From NCBI GenBank assembly GCA_964016885.1, contig OZ024740.1, positions 212,722,001-212,786,000 of the forward strand: 64,000 nt of DNA, written 5' to 3'. This document shows positions 14,622-26,897 of this stretch, piece by piece. The position numbers and the translations under genes were made by a program. The notes under the pieces are model-generated. The model was not told the DNA's origin, did not search any database, and saw nothing but the letters and a program-made list of their open reading frames with translations. Every line of letters begins with the position of its first letter. Positions within the stretch are counted from its first letter, which is position 1. The stretch is from Eledone cirrhosa. Its lineage: Eukaryota.

Positions 14622-14710
14622 CCAGCTCCTATATTGGCTCTACTTCTAACCCTTTTACGGTACGCTATAACGCGCACTCTCTTTCCTTCCGAGACCCTAA
14701 CAACAGATGT

Positions 14711-14959
14711 TTGACATCTCTGGCTAGGCTCATTAAAAACCTTAAACTAACCAACATTGAACACTCACTAACATGGGATATCTTGGTTAGGGCCCAACCG
14801 TTCAATGGACGAAGAAACTCTTGTGACATCTGTCTTACCGAAGCATATTACATAACTCTATCACGACCTCTACCGATTAACGATAGAACGGAGGTAACTA
14901 TTAGCTGTCAACATCGAAGGGCTAATTCCTTCGCCAACAGAATATTTGACCCAACATAG
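14711..14959 (+). pseudogene. PLE GIY-YIG C-terminal fragment
   Basis: [40 protein letters not shown], similar to the end of ORF 59747-62044. Confidence 0.8.
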
Positions 14960-15766
14960 TTATCTAGCCCCATTTTTACTTGTAGCTAATAAGTTAAATA
15001 CTTATAGCTAACTTAGATAATTATAAGTTACCTCCCTTACATTGTCTCTCAATAAAAAAAATAAAAAAATTAGCACTTCTTAACTTAAACTACCCACAAT
15101 TTCTAATCTCTAGAGGAGTTACTTCCCCTGAAACCACCCTCTAATTAGTAAGGTAAATATGTCCATTGGCGGCCATCTTGTTACTCATAGGGAGATCTCA
15201 CACAATGCAGCCTCGACAGAAGAATATTGCTCAACTATGGCAGACAATGGATATACCCAGGACACCATAGTGAAATACCAATATATGGAACATTACATTC
15301 ATGTAACATTCTCTCCTTATTTTAATTTATATTCCTTTGAAGTTCCAATGAGCTGCTCTATTTTTACATATGTTAATTATTTTCAACTGAACCAGATCAA
15401 TAATGATCTATAATCATTTGATCCAGAAATATTATATGGAGTAGCGAAACAATTGTAAACGGACATTATTATTATTATTAATATTATTATTATTATTATT
15501 CTCTACATTCCTTGCATCAAACTAAAATATGGTGACAATCTTTTAATAATGTCTTCCTTGTGAAATTTGTGGTCTTGTTTTGCTTCACTAATGAATATTT
15601 CCAGCTCTGTGCACCCAACCTCTGCATGAACCCAGCCACCTAGCTGCCTTCCACTGCATATTGCACATTGAGCACATGCTTTTACGCTTTGACTTCTAAC
15701 TAATTCACCAATCTCTCTTCTCCTCTCCTATCTCCATCTCTCTCTTTAAGATTGGTTACCCTTGAA

Positions 15767-15804
<38 letters not shown>

Positions 15805-15907
15805 GTTTACATATATATATATATATAAAGTCATAGATATATATGTGTTTTGCAACGGGTCACTTTGTGGCTCAATGAAGAATTAATAAATTAAATAATC
15901 AGAGCTG

Positions 15908-16272
15908 TATATCATAAAATATGCTTATAGAATCACCAGATAAAATATATACCGTTTCCTCTCCCAATTAGCATAATTAACCATATAAAAAATCAATTAG
16001 ACCAAGCTATAAGAATAAAGGCTCCTATGAAGAAATCTCCGACAAATAACCGAAAGCAGCCCTTCGCGGCGGTTGCGACGGGGTATTTATCGAGTATTTC
16101 GACAGCGTGTATAAATCGACCAAAGCGCTGCTTTCGGTTATTTGTCGGAGATTTCTTCATAAGAGCCTTTATTCTTATAGCTTGGTCTAATTGATTTTTT
16201 ATATGGTTAATTATGCTAATTGGGAGAGGAAACGGTATATATTTTATCTGGTGATTCTATAGGCATGTTTTA

Positions 16273-16279
<7 letters not shown>
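15908..16279. repeat. Fold-back element: about 150-bp inverted arms and about 66-bp spacer
   Basis: 15908-16060 is the near-perfect reverse complement of 16127-16279. Confidence 0.9.
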
Positions 16280-16310
<31 letters not shown>

Positions 16311-16376
16311 CGTTTGTGAATTTGTTTAGCAAGATCCTTTATCTGAAAACGTGTGTTGAAATCGATATTTTTATGC

Positions 16377-17125
16377 TTTGGGAGGGTCATGTTGCCAATG
16401 AGAAACACACGCACCAGTTGCTTTCACTCCAATTTATTATAAATTAAATTTATAAATTTATAAATTTCCGGTTGGTTGGTTGGTTCCACAACCGGACGGT
16501 TGTTCATATATTGTCAAAGTTCTTTCGTCACACATTCTGTGACCTCTTCAGTGACTGGGGATTCTTTTCTTTATTTTGTGCCTCTCCTTTGTTCTGTCCT
16601 ACGCCATCTTGTTTTTGTGTGTGTTGTGTGCTTAGTTTGCGCATGTGTTACATCCAGGTGTTTGTGTGTGTTTTTATTTGTTTATATACATGTTACTGGT
16701 TGGTTGTTTGTTCTGTGTGTGTGTGTGTTTTCATTTTGTCCTTAATTGTAAGTTGTGATGTTGCTATTCCATTCATGTTTTCTATTTAATTTTGGTTGGA
16801 GTTCATTTATGTTTATTGACTCTGTGATTTGTCTAAACATTGCGTCTTTTCTGTGTGTAGATTCTATTTTTATTTCTATGTTCTCTAATTTGCCCTTATG
16901 TTCTATTTTAGCATGTTGGTGGAGTATTGATGATTCTTTTTTATTTTGAAGCTCTCGCCAGTGTTCATTTAACCGTTCTCCTATACTACGAGCTGTCTCA
17001 CCTATGTACACTATATTCTTATCTTTACATTGTCCTTCAGTACATCTTATGCTATATACTACATTTCTAGTTTTATAGTTAATATGGGGGCATAGTTTAC
17101 AGATTATGCATTTCTTATCTATACA
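16377..17125 (-). mobile_element. PLE 3' fragment (GIY-YIG plus pseudo-LTR), same family as 1081-1800
   Basis: ORF 16742-17011 YIGETARSIGERLNEH; collinear 3' region. Confidence 0.85.
16512..16556 (-). ncRNA. Minimal type I hammerhead
   Basis: Reverse complement: gtca-CTGAAGA-g-gtcaca/gaatg/tgtgac-GAAA-gaac-TT-tgac. Confidence 0.75.
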
Positions 17126-17134
17126 GGGAGGTCT

Positions 17135-19795
17135 TTGATAGAATAATGAAGCTTAGATTAGTTGTAGGCAGGAGACTACTGACAATCATCTCTGCCTATG
17201 CTCCCCAGGCAGGCCTAGGCAAAGAAGGGAAAGACTGCTTTTACGAGCAACTTTTACAAACAACCGCAATGACAGAGGACGGAGACATCGTTTATGCTAG
17301 CAGGGGACTTCAATGGTCATGTTGGACAGCTCCAGAATGGTTACACTGGGGTACATGGTGGGCACGGTTACGGCTCAAGAAATGAAGAAGGAGTGAAACT
17401 TCTTGAATTTTGTGATGCAAGTAAACTGACTATTTGCAACACTAACTTCCAGAAACCTGCCAACCACCTAATAACCTTCAAATCAGGCGAGCACATAAGC
17501 CAGATTGACTTCTTACTAGTTAGGCAGTGGGACAGGCAGATGGTGTCTAATACCAAGGCATATCCTGGGGAAGAATGTACCTCACAGCATAGGTTAGTCG
17601 TTAGTGATATCTCAGTAAGTAAGAGATGGAATGAGACATACAGGAAGGTGTGGAGAAGAAAGGTCTGGAAGCTAAAAGACCTTTCACTAAAATACAAATT
17701 TAGGAAAGTCCTTCAAGATGTGTATGACGAAAAAGAAGACGATTTAGAGATGAATGACAGATAATAACTGGAATTTCTTACGTGACAACGTACTGCCGGC
17801 TACTGATGAAATTTGTGGCTGGGGCAGAGCTCCAACCAGACAGAGAATGACCTGGTGGTGGAACAGCACAGTAGAGAAGGCCATTAGAGACAAAAGACTA
17901 GCATGGAAGGCTTGGAAAAAGGGTGGGAGTAGAGAAGGATATACATCCGCTAAAAGAGAAGCTAGACGTCAGGTGTACTTAGCACGCAGGGAGGCTGAGA
18001 GTAGGAGGTTTGCCAATGTTCTGCGACGGGAAGATCAGAGGCGTGCGGTGTTCCACATTGCAAGGCAGTGTGTCAATGCAAATCAGGATGTTGTTGGAGA
18101 TAAATGTGTCCAGAATGATGCACTTAGTGTTACGAATGATCAAAAAAAGGAGGCCTGGAAATGTCATTATGAGAGACTGATGAATGTGGAGAATGAATAG
18201 GAGAGAGAGAAATTGCCCTCAGTAAATCCGACAGAAGGACCAGCTATTGAGATTGACGAATATAGGGTCCAAGAGACGATTAAGGAAATGGAAAATGGTA
18301 AGGCTGCTGGACCATCGGGGATAGTTGCTGAGATGCTGAAGGCAACACGGGACGTAGGCACTAAACTGGTTGCACGCATCATCAATCAGGTTATATATGG
18401 TGGTGTCATACCCAAAGACTGGTGCAGCATTATTCTCATAAATTGCTACAAAGGTAAAGGGGATGATCTGGAGAGGAGCAATTATAGGGGTATAAAACTG
18501 ATGGATCAGGTTATGAAAGTGGCAGAAAGGATATTAGCACAACTAATTAGAGAAAGGGTCAAACTAGATGAGATGCAGTTTGGTTTTGTGCCTGGGAAGA
18601 GTACAACAGATGCCCTCTTCTTGGTGAGACAATTACAAGAGAGATTCTTATAGAAAGATAAGCCACTATAAGCCTTTGTTGATCTAGAGAAGGCCTTTGA
18701 TAGGGTACCCCGATCTGTCATCTGGTGGTCCCTAAGGAAAATAGGTGCTGATCAATTGCTTGTGGGGACAGTGCAAACTTTGTAGAGAGGTGCTGTCAGT
18801 AAAGTCAGGGTAGGAATGGAGTTTAGTGAGGAATTCCAGAAACAATTAGGAGTACATCAAGGTTCGGTCCTCAGTCCGCTCTTGTACGTTATAGTCCTCC
18901 AAGCCATAATAGAGGCGTTTAAGACTGGCTGTCCATGGGAACTTCCCTATGCTGACGATCTGGTTCTTATAGCAGAATCAGTAGAGGAGCTAGAGAATAA
19001 ATTCTGGCTATGGAAACGGCAGTTGAAAGCAAGAGGACTGAGAGTGAACCTAGCTAAGACAAAAGTGTTGATGAGTAGAAAAGAGGACAAAACTCTAATT
19101 CCATCAGGGAAATGGCCATGTTCGATATGCAAAAAAGGAACTGCATAAATTCTATAAAATGCACATAATGCAGATCCTGGGTACACAAGAGATGTAGTGG
19201 GATAGCAGGCAAACTAACAGGTAGGAAGAAATACGTATGCAGTAGATCTACAGGGAAATTAGACAGTAGAAGTCACATTGATAGACACATTTTTCAAATG
19301 CAGGCGGGTGCTATAGAAGTGGTTGATAGCTTTCGGTACCTAGGAGATCAGATTAGCATGGGAGGGGGGTGTTCCGAGGCCATAGTATCTAGAATAAGGA
19401 CGGGTTGGAAGAAGTTTAGGGAGCTGCTTCCTCTGCTGACGAAGAAGGGTTTCTCCCTGCGTACGAAGGTTATATGATGCATGTGTGAGGAGCGCGATGC
19501 TGCATTGTAGTGAGACCTCGGCAGCAACTGCAGAGGATATGCGACGGCTGGAGAGAAATGAGGCAAGCATTCTCCGTTGGATGTACAATGTCAATGTGCG
19601 TGAACGACCCAGCATGAATGTGTTGAGAGAGAAACTGTGTCTGAGAGGGAGAGAATGTAGTGTACGAGAGAGGAGACTGAGGTGGTATGGACATGTGATG
19701 CGCATGGAGGATGACCGATGGGTGAAGAAGTGCCAGGAAATGCCAGTTGAAGGAAGACGTGGTAGAGGTAGACCACGAAAAACATGGGTGGAATG
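17135..19795 (+). mobile_element. Disrupted RTE-like LINE (APE endonuclease, RT, Cys-rich domain)
   Basis: SAYAPQ, GDFNGHVG, QIDF, NYRGIKL, QFGFVPG, QGSVLSP, YADD, RLRWYGHV, GRPRKTW; several stops and frameshifts. Confidence 0.9.
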
Positions 19796-19892
19796 TATGT
19801 GTGTGTATATAAGTGTGTATGTATATATGCCAGTACATATGCGCATGTATATGTATACAACGTATTTGTCAGACTAAGAGTGTCTAGATATG

Positions 19893-20602
19893 TGTAACGG
19901 AATATTATGTGTGGTTGTAACGACAAGTGGATGGATGGATGTAACTGTTGGTATGGTGGTTTCGGTGTAAATAAAAATACCAGGAGTGTTGTTACAAAGT
20001 TTATTTTAATATATTCAATTTGAATATTGAATGATAAAATAATTGACACAAAATATTCAAACAATAATTTTGTGGCTCTTCGAGCCACGTAAATTCAAAT
20101 ATCGCAGAATACGATTATAATATGTGTAAACAGAAATGAATGATGCGTGTACAAATGTTGGACTCACTATGAATTGCGTGTGTGCGGCGTATCAGTATAT
20201 TTACTTATTTGTATTGCAGGAGTCAGCGATCAGCCAGGAAGGTGAGAATAAGTGGTAGACTGGTTTTCGTGACGAGAGCTTGTAAATGAGACTCGTCTTG
20301 TCTGTATCCACTGCTTTTCTATTTTAGGCGTAAACAATCCCTCTATTTATAAGAGTTGAAGTTAGAAGAATAGATATATCCTCTGAACTTTGGTTAGTCT
20401 CCCAAGGGATTAGTTTGCCAAGCGTAAACAAGTCAGAAAGATGGATATATCTCTCTGACCTATTTTCTGTCAGGCGTAAACACCTCTGACCTGTGTTTAG
20501 CCTCTCCCAAGGGGTTAGTCTCTTGAGCGTAAACAAGTTACCACGGCTTGTCCCAGAGGCGGGAAAGCTCAGATTCGGTTTCGAATCTTCGCCGCCGTTA
20601 TA
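19893..20602 (-). repeat. Probable 3' LTR of the Gypsy element
   Basis: Inverted termini tgtaacgg...ccgttata; adjacent gtaccccccttcc reads as a polypurine tract on the minus strand; no partner LTR seen. Confidence 0.55.
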
Positions 20603-20978
20603 GTACCCCCCTTCCAGTGAGAAAGCTAAGATTGAACGATCTAGGTCCATGTGGAATGAAGATAAGTATGACTAGGTGTGTTGTTAAAGAAAATCAGTAA
20701 AAATAAAAAACACATGAAAGTCATTTACAAACAGGAGAAATGAAAGAAAACATGCAAAGCAAAAGAAATTTACATGCAGGAAAATGTACTGTGATGTTAC
20801 ATAAAATTGAAAATGTTCGTACGAAAAGTTTGTTGATTAAAAGTTCGTTCATTTCATAGAAACGGAAAAATGTTCTTTTGTCTGTTCTTTTGATGTGGGT
20901 GATGCACAGAGTTAATTGATTTGTGTGTAGCAATAGTTCATGACCACAGAAATTGGCCTATTCGTTGAAATGTACAAA

Positions 20979-23900
20979 TTAGGCGAAATGTCGACCAGAT
21001 GCATAATTTGTACTTACCCGATAAACTTGTACGTATCGCGTGGGCCATCGGACTGTTCTTCCGGATTTGGTGTGTCGGGGTTGTGCAGAATTTGTCGTGT
21101 TTGTGTCGGACAAAGTTGTTGGTGAGTCTGCTCGAGAAACGGTGGGTACTGGTGGCAATTCCTGTTCTATGAACGCTTTTTTTAAACGATCAATGGAGAC
21201 GGTATTTCGTTTCCCGTTCAAGTCTAGGACGAAATACTTAGGGCGTTTCTGTATCACCTTATAGGGCCCGGAATACGGCGGACGAAGTTGCGATGGAATA
21301 CCGTCATTTCTAACGAAAACATGCGTCCATGTATCGATGTCTTTTGGTATGTGTGAAGTAACGTGCTGTTGTTTATGGGCTGAAGGAGACAGATACGACA
21401 TCGATGACCGTAAACGGTGCACATATTTTGTAGGGTCTGGAAGTTCTTGTGACGAAACAGGAGCAATCATTTGTCCGGGTAGAGTGAGTACGGTGCCATA
21501 CACCATTTCAGCCGGAGAATGTCCGACTCCCTCCTTAACAGTGGAACGAATACCAAGAAGAAAGAGTGGGAGGTATTCGAACCAGTTAGTGGAGTCTTAG
21601 TAAGTCTTGATAGATGATTTTAGCTGGCGGTGTAAGCGTTCTACCATGCCGTTAGCGGCAGGGTGATACGTTGTTGTACGGATGTGTTTGCACCCGAGGA
21701 GACGAGTCAGCTCGGTAAATAGGTTCGAATCGAACTGACGTCCTCTATCCGTAGTGATGGTCGCGGGTGTGCCGAAACGCGAAACCCAGTGAAACACTAG
21801 CGTTTTGGCGACAGTTTCCGCAGTAATATCCGTCAGGGGAAAAGCTTCTGGCCAGCGAGAAAATCGGTCGACACAGGTGAGAAGATGAGTGTAGTTTTGA
21901 GAAGGAGGCAAAGGTCTAACTATGTCTATATGCACATGTTGGAACCGTGCATCAGGTGTTGGGAAAGAACCGATCGGGGGCTTTGATGTGCCGGTGAATT
22001 TTCGCCTTCTGGCACGCGATGCAGTTCCTAGCCCATTCACGGGTGTCCTTGTTGATGTTGGGCCACACAAAGCGGGCAACCATCAGTTTCTGAATGGCGC
22101 GGACGCCCGGATGTGCCAGAGAATGCAGTGCCGAGAAAACGTCGCGTCGATGTTTCCGGGGCACGTATGGGCGCTCGTGGCCTGTGGAGATGTCGCACCA
22201 AATATAACCCGAAGAAGAGGGAAGCGGGCATTCCCTCAATTTCAAGGATGATTTCCGGAGTTGCAGCAGTTCTTCGTCATTCTGTAGATCCGCTGTAATC
22301 TTCTGAGGGTCGATAGTGGCAGTGGTGTGGATTGCGTTAAGCTCCATGCGCGATAGGGCATCAGCTGCAGAGTTGGTGGCACACTTAATGTACCGAATAT
22401 CAGTAGTGTACTGAGAAATGAAGTCCAGATGTCGGACCTCCCTGGGTGAGTGTCGGTCAGGTTTGGCATTGAACGCGTACACTAGTGGTTTGTGGTCGGT
22501 GTATATAGAGAACACACGACCTTCTAACATGTGTCGAAAATGCTTGAGAGCAAGGTATGCTGCCAATAATTCACGACTGAATGTGCTGTACTTAGTTTCG
22601 GCGGGTTTTAATCGCTTAGAGAAATAAGATACAGGTCGCCAAATATCGCCAGAGAGTTGTTGAAGCACACCTCCAACTCCGAAATCGGATGCATCAGTCA
22701 ATAAACACATTGGGGCGTCAGGTTTGGGGTAACTCAGCATTGTAGCCTCGGACAACATTTTCTTCAACTCAGCGAAAGCGGTACATTCTTTTTCGCTGAG
22801 CTTGATGTTTGCGTTTATGGTTGTACGCTGCCGCAGCAAATCTGTGAGTGGTTGGGCTGTCTCTGCACAGTGGGGTATAAATCTTCTGTAGAAGTTTACC
22901 AGGCCAAAAAATTCTCGCAGTTTGCGGAGAGATGTAGGTTGTGGAAAATCAATGATGGATTTGACTTTCTCCTTAAGTGGGCGAATACCATCTTTGTCAA
23001 TGATGTGTCCCAGAAAATGAAGGGACGCAACTCCGAACTCACATTTGCTGGGGTTGATAATGATTCCATATTCACGCAAACGTGTGAATAAGAGATCCAG
23101 GTGTTTCTCATGTTCTTCATCGGAGCTGCTGGCCACCAGTAAGTCGTCAATGTATGCGTATACAAAAGGTAGACCCTCTGGTGACTGTATCGATGAATCG
23201 CTGGAATGTCTGCGCTGCATTTCGCAAACCGAAAGGCATACGCAGAAATTCGAACATTCCAAAAGGTGTTGTGACTGCGGTCTTTGGAATATCTGCGGGC
23301 TCAACGGGTATCTGATTGTAAGCTCGCACAAGATCGATCTTCGAAAATATGCGAGCCCCGTGCAGCGAGCTAGAGAAGTCCTGTAGATGAGGCACTGGAT
23401 AAGAGTCAGGAACGGTGCAGTTGTTTAGTGCACGGTAGTCGCCACAGATTCGCCAGTCGTTCGACGACTTCTTGGGTACACAGTGTATGGGTGAGGACCA
23501 GTTGCTGCTGGACGGACGTATGATGCCGAGATCCAGCATGTGCTGAAATTCTTGTTTGACTGACTTCAGCCGGTCTGGTGGTAGCCTTCTAGGTCATGTA
23601 GCGACAGGTGGGCCGTGAGTTTTTATGTGGTGTGTGACATCATGTTTTACAGGGCAAGCGTTGAATAGTGGTCGAGATACGTCTGGGTATTTGTTGATGA
23701 TGTGGTTGTGCCGAGTTGTTGTTATCGATCTTGAAATGACTGGACTGACTGTGGCTATCCTAGCGGCTATGCCGCGCACAGCGAGACCAGTGGAGTTGTC
23801 AACGAGACGTTGATTTTTCAGGTCGACTAGAAGCGAGAAGTGCTGAAGAAAGTCAGCTCCTAAAATAGGGGTCGGCAGCTTAGCCACGACGAATACCCAC

Positions 23901-24760
23901 TGGAAAGTGCGGCGTAGTCCCAAATTTAGAGTCAGGGACTGTTCTCCGTAGGTCGGAATATGTGAGTGATTCACCGCCTGGAGCCAGGCTGGTGTCTCTC
24001 TCCTTTTTCCAGGAACGCAGGAAACCAGGATGATGCTCACTTCAGCACCGGTGTCGACAAGGAAACGCGTGCCTGTGACGCGATCCTGTATGAAAAATAG
24101 GCGACTTTGGTTATGAGGGCCAGAAACGTCTGTCGCATTCAGTTTCTGGCTGTGTCGTTTTCCTGATTCGTTTTCGAAACAAATGAACAGGGATGGCTGC
24201 ACTTTTGCGCTTGTCTCCCGAATCTTTGGTGGTACCAACACATTTCTGGTGAATCTCGAGATGCGCTCGGACTTCTTGAGCGACCACCAAATCGGCGAGT
24301 TCAGCTGTTGGACCGACGTGTGGCAGGGTTGCCCAGTGACAAGGTCTGAATTTGTTGCGTCAAGGCCTGTATCTGTGTTGCTTGCTGTGCCAGTAACTGG
24401 TGTAGATAGGGCATCTCTGTGGCACTGGAGGGCTGAAGAAAAGGATTGGTGGGAGGCACGGCTGGCGTCACATTCGCTAAAGTTGAGTGCGGATGTGGTA
24501 CCTCCATGATCTTATCTGCCAGCTCGGCAAGTTCTTCTATGGTGGTGGACTCCCTGGTGGATGCTAGTACCACTTGTGTGGCAGAAGGCAAACGCTGGAG
24601 GAAGAGTTGCTCGAAAATTTCATCCGGGAGTTTATGTTCACCCAGAAGCTGCTTCATTTTCCGTAGGAGTTGCGTCGGCTTTTTATCTCCTAATTCCTCC
24701 GATATGAGGAGCTGGTGTAAACGCTTCTGCTGCGACTCCGACGTCCGTTTAACTAATGTT
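20979..24760 (-). mobile_element. Ty3/Gypsy gag-pol, frameshifted and 5'-truncated
   Basis: Gag (LFLQRLP), protease FLVDTGAEVS, RT YIDD, RNase H TDASDFG..ELLA..TDHKPL, integrase HSLAHPG..CIAC, HIDI..TDRG..VERLH, GPY. Confidence 0.95.
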
Positions 24761-24879
24761 ATTGAATGAGCTTGCAGGCAGCATAACTATAGTCTGACGC
24801 AGCTGTGAGCAGGTGTGCAGGCAGGTCTTTTATATCAGTTAATTTAGTCGGTCCTCAATGTTTACCATTGACTGAGCAA

Positions 24880-26310
24880 CGGTGAGAAAAAACAGATATA
24901 ATATAGACACAAACACATATATAGTCTAACAAAGTTCTTTCGTTGCACATCTGCAACATCGTTAGTGGTGCTATTATGTTCCTCCTGCTGTATTGTATAT
25001 CTACGCCATCTTTATTTAATCTGTTTATTTATTTATTTATTTATTTATTTTTGTCTTCTTCTCTGTGCACGAGCTTGCGTGTGTGTATACTGTTTGGTGT
25101 GTGTTCGCGTTTGGGTGACTGTGTTTTGGTTATTGTATTCTATCTTAGTTTACTAGTGTGTGTTTATATGAGTTTGTTGTTATTGTGCTTGTGTATATAT
25201 TTATTTATTTATTTATATTTCTCTTAAGTCAGTATTGTTTGTTTGGGTGTTGTTGTTATTCCATTCATTTTTTCTTTTCAGCTTTGGCCTTCTAAGTTCT
25301 ATTTCACTTGCCTCTCTGATTTGCCTATCTGCTGGATCATTTCTATGTTTAGATATTATTTTAATTTCTATGTTGTCTATGTTACCGTCATGTTGTTGTC
25401 TGCCGTGGTCGTATAACCGGTTTTCGTCCTTTTAGTTCCCCCCAGTGTTGGTCTATCTCTTCACCTATGCTACGAGCTGTCTCGCCTATGTATGTTGCTG
25501 TCATGTTTCTGCAAGTACCCTCCGTACATCTTATGCTATAGACTACGTTTCTAGTTTTACAGTTTATTCAGGGGTTTACTTTGCATATAATACATTTCCT
25601 ATTAGTACAGTGGGTTTTCTTAAAAGGGTATGTTTTGCTGATCAGGGATTTTATGGTAGTTCCTGGCTTTTCTACCACCTTAATCTTTAAGTGGGTCTTT
25701 CTCAGGTCCTTTCTACACGGGTTAGCTAATTTCCCTCCAGGGGTAGTGTCCACGAACACGACACTCTGGTATCTCTGGTTGTCGTACCATGAGGTGGCTT
25801 TCCCTATCTTATGTTTAGTCCTATATAAGCTATTCTATGATTTGCTCCTGTATAATGGGAAAACTCCTTTCATGTCCAGTTCTATAAGGGTCTTATATTT
25901 CTCCGTGGCTCCTTCGTATACTCTGATTCTGTCTCTTTGGTTGTATCCAGAGAACTGCATGCGGTTGATGAAGTGTTGGATGTGTCTTTCCATTTCTGTT
26001 GGGTCGCACATGCGGGACACGTTCTTCATCACTCGTACCAAGTCTGCGATCAGAATATTAAACTTAGCATTACTGGATATTGCTGAGTTTTTGAGTATCA
26101 GGTATTTGGAGGCCATGGGTTTAGCGTAGTGTGAGTGGAGAATTTGGGCCCTCTCGTCTATAGTGTTAATCCAGAGTTCCGTGTCTAATACTGGTAGTTT
26201 ATTGTTAGGGTGTTTGGAAGGGTAGTCGATAGTTACAGTTATATTCTGGTGTATGGAATTAGCTATCTGCCGAATGATTTCCATTGTGCTACATTCTAAA
26301 TCATACTTGT
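24880..26310 (-). mobile_element. Disrupted PLE (RT thumb, GIY-YIG, pseudo-LTR with degenerate HHR at 24928-24970)
   Basis: KLPVLDTEL..HYAKPMAS..FSGY; YIGETARS on the minus strand near 25490; ctaacga-t-gttgca/gatg/tgcaac-GAAA-gaac-TT. Confidence 0.8.
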
Positions 26311-26321
26311 TAGTACTCTCT

Positions 26322-26412
<91 letters not shown>

Positions 26413-26559
26413 GGATTTGTTAGTCACCTGGTTTTACAAGGACATTTTGAGAGAAAAAAGAATTCTAGTTCTAGTTCATTTCTTCATAAATTTATAAAAA
26501 GTTATTTCATTGTTTTTTTCAGAAACTCTTATATAAGTTTGATATCATTTTGCTGATAT

Positions 26560-26790
26560 ATATTGTATTAGTGCATTAGTAATACTAATACGTAGTAAGT
26601 TGTATTGTATTACTGTATTAGTAATATTAATACGTACTAAATTGTATTGTATTACTGTAATACTAATACGTACTAAATTGTATTGTATTACTGTATTAGT
26701 AATACTAATACGTACTAAATTGTATTGTATTACTGTAATACTAATACGTGCTAAATTGTATTGTATTAGCAATACTAATAGTAATACAAA
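26560..26790. repeat. Minisatellite, 36-42-bp units
   Basis: taatacgtactaaattgtattgtattactgta repeated about 5 times. Confidence 0.85.
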
Positions 26791-26897
26791 TTAAATTTTT
26801 AAACTATGATTGTCCTCACCCAACGTTCAGCCTCCCATTGGTGATATGGACGCACTGGACACAGAGAAGATCCCTTTATGTCTTTATATATATATTA

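Noticed and set aside
15440-15465. gcGAAAcaattgTA half-hammerhead downstream of the PLE fragment
   Set aside because: No CUGANGA or stem I found upstream
24880-26310. Selenocysteine (in-frame TGA) recoding as in Naiad PLEs
   Set aside because: The interruptions seen are a TAG and frameshifts, not TGA at conserved Cys positions
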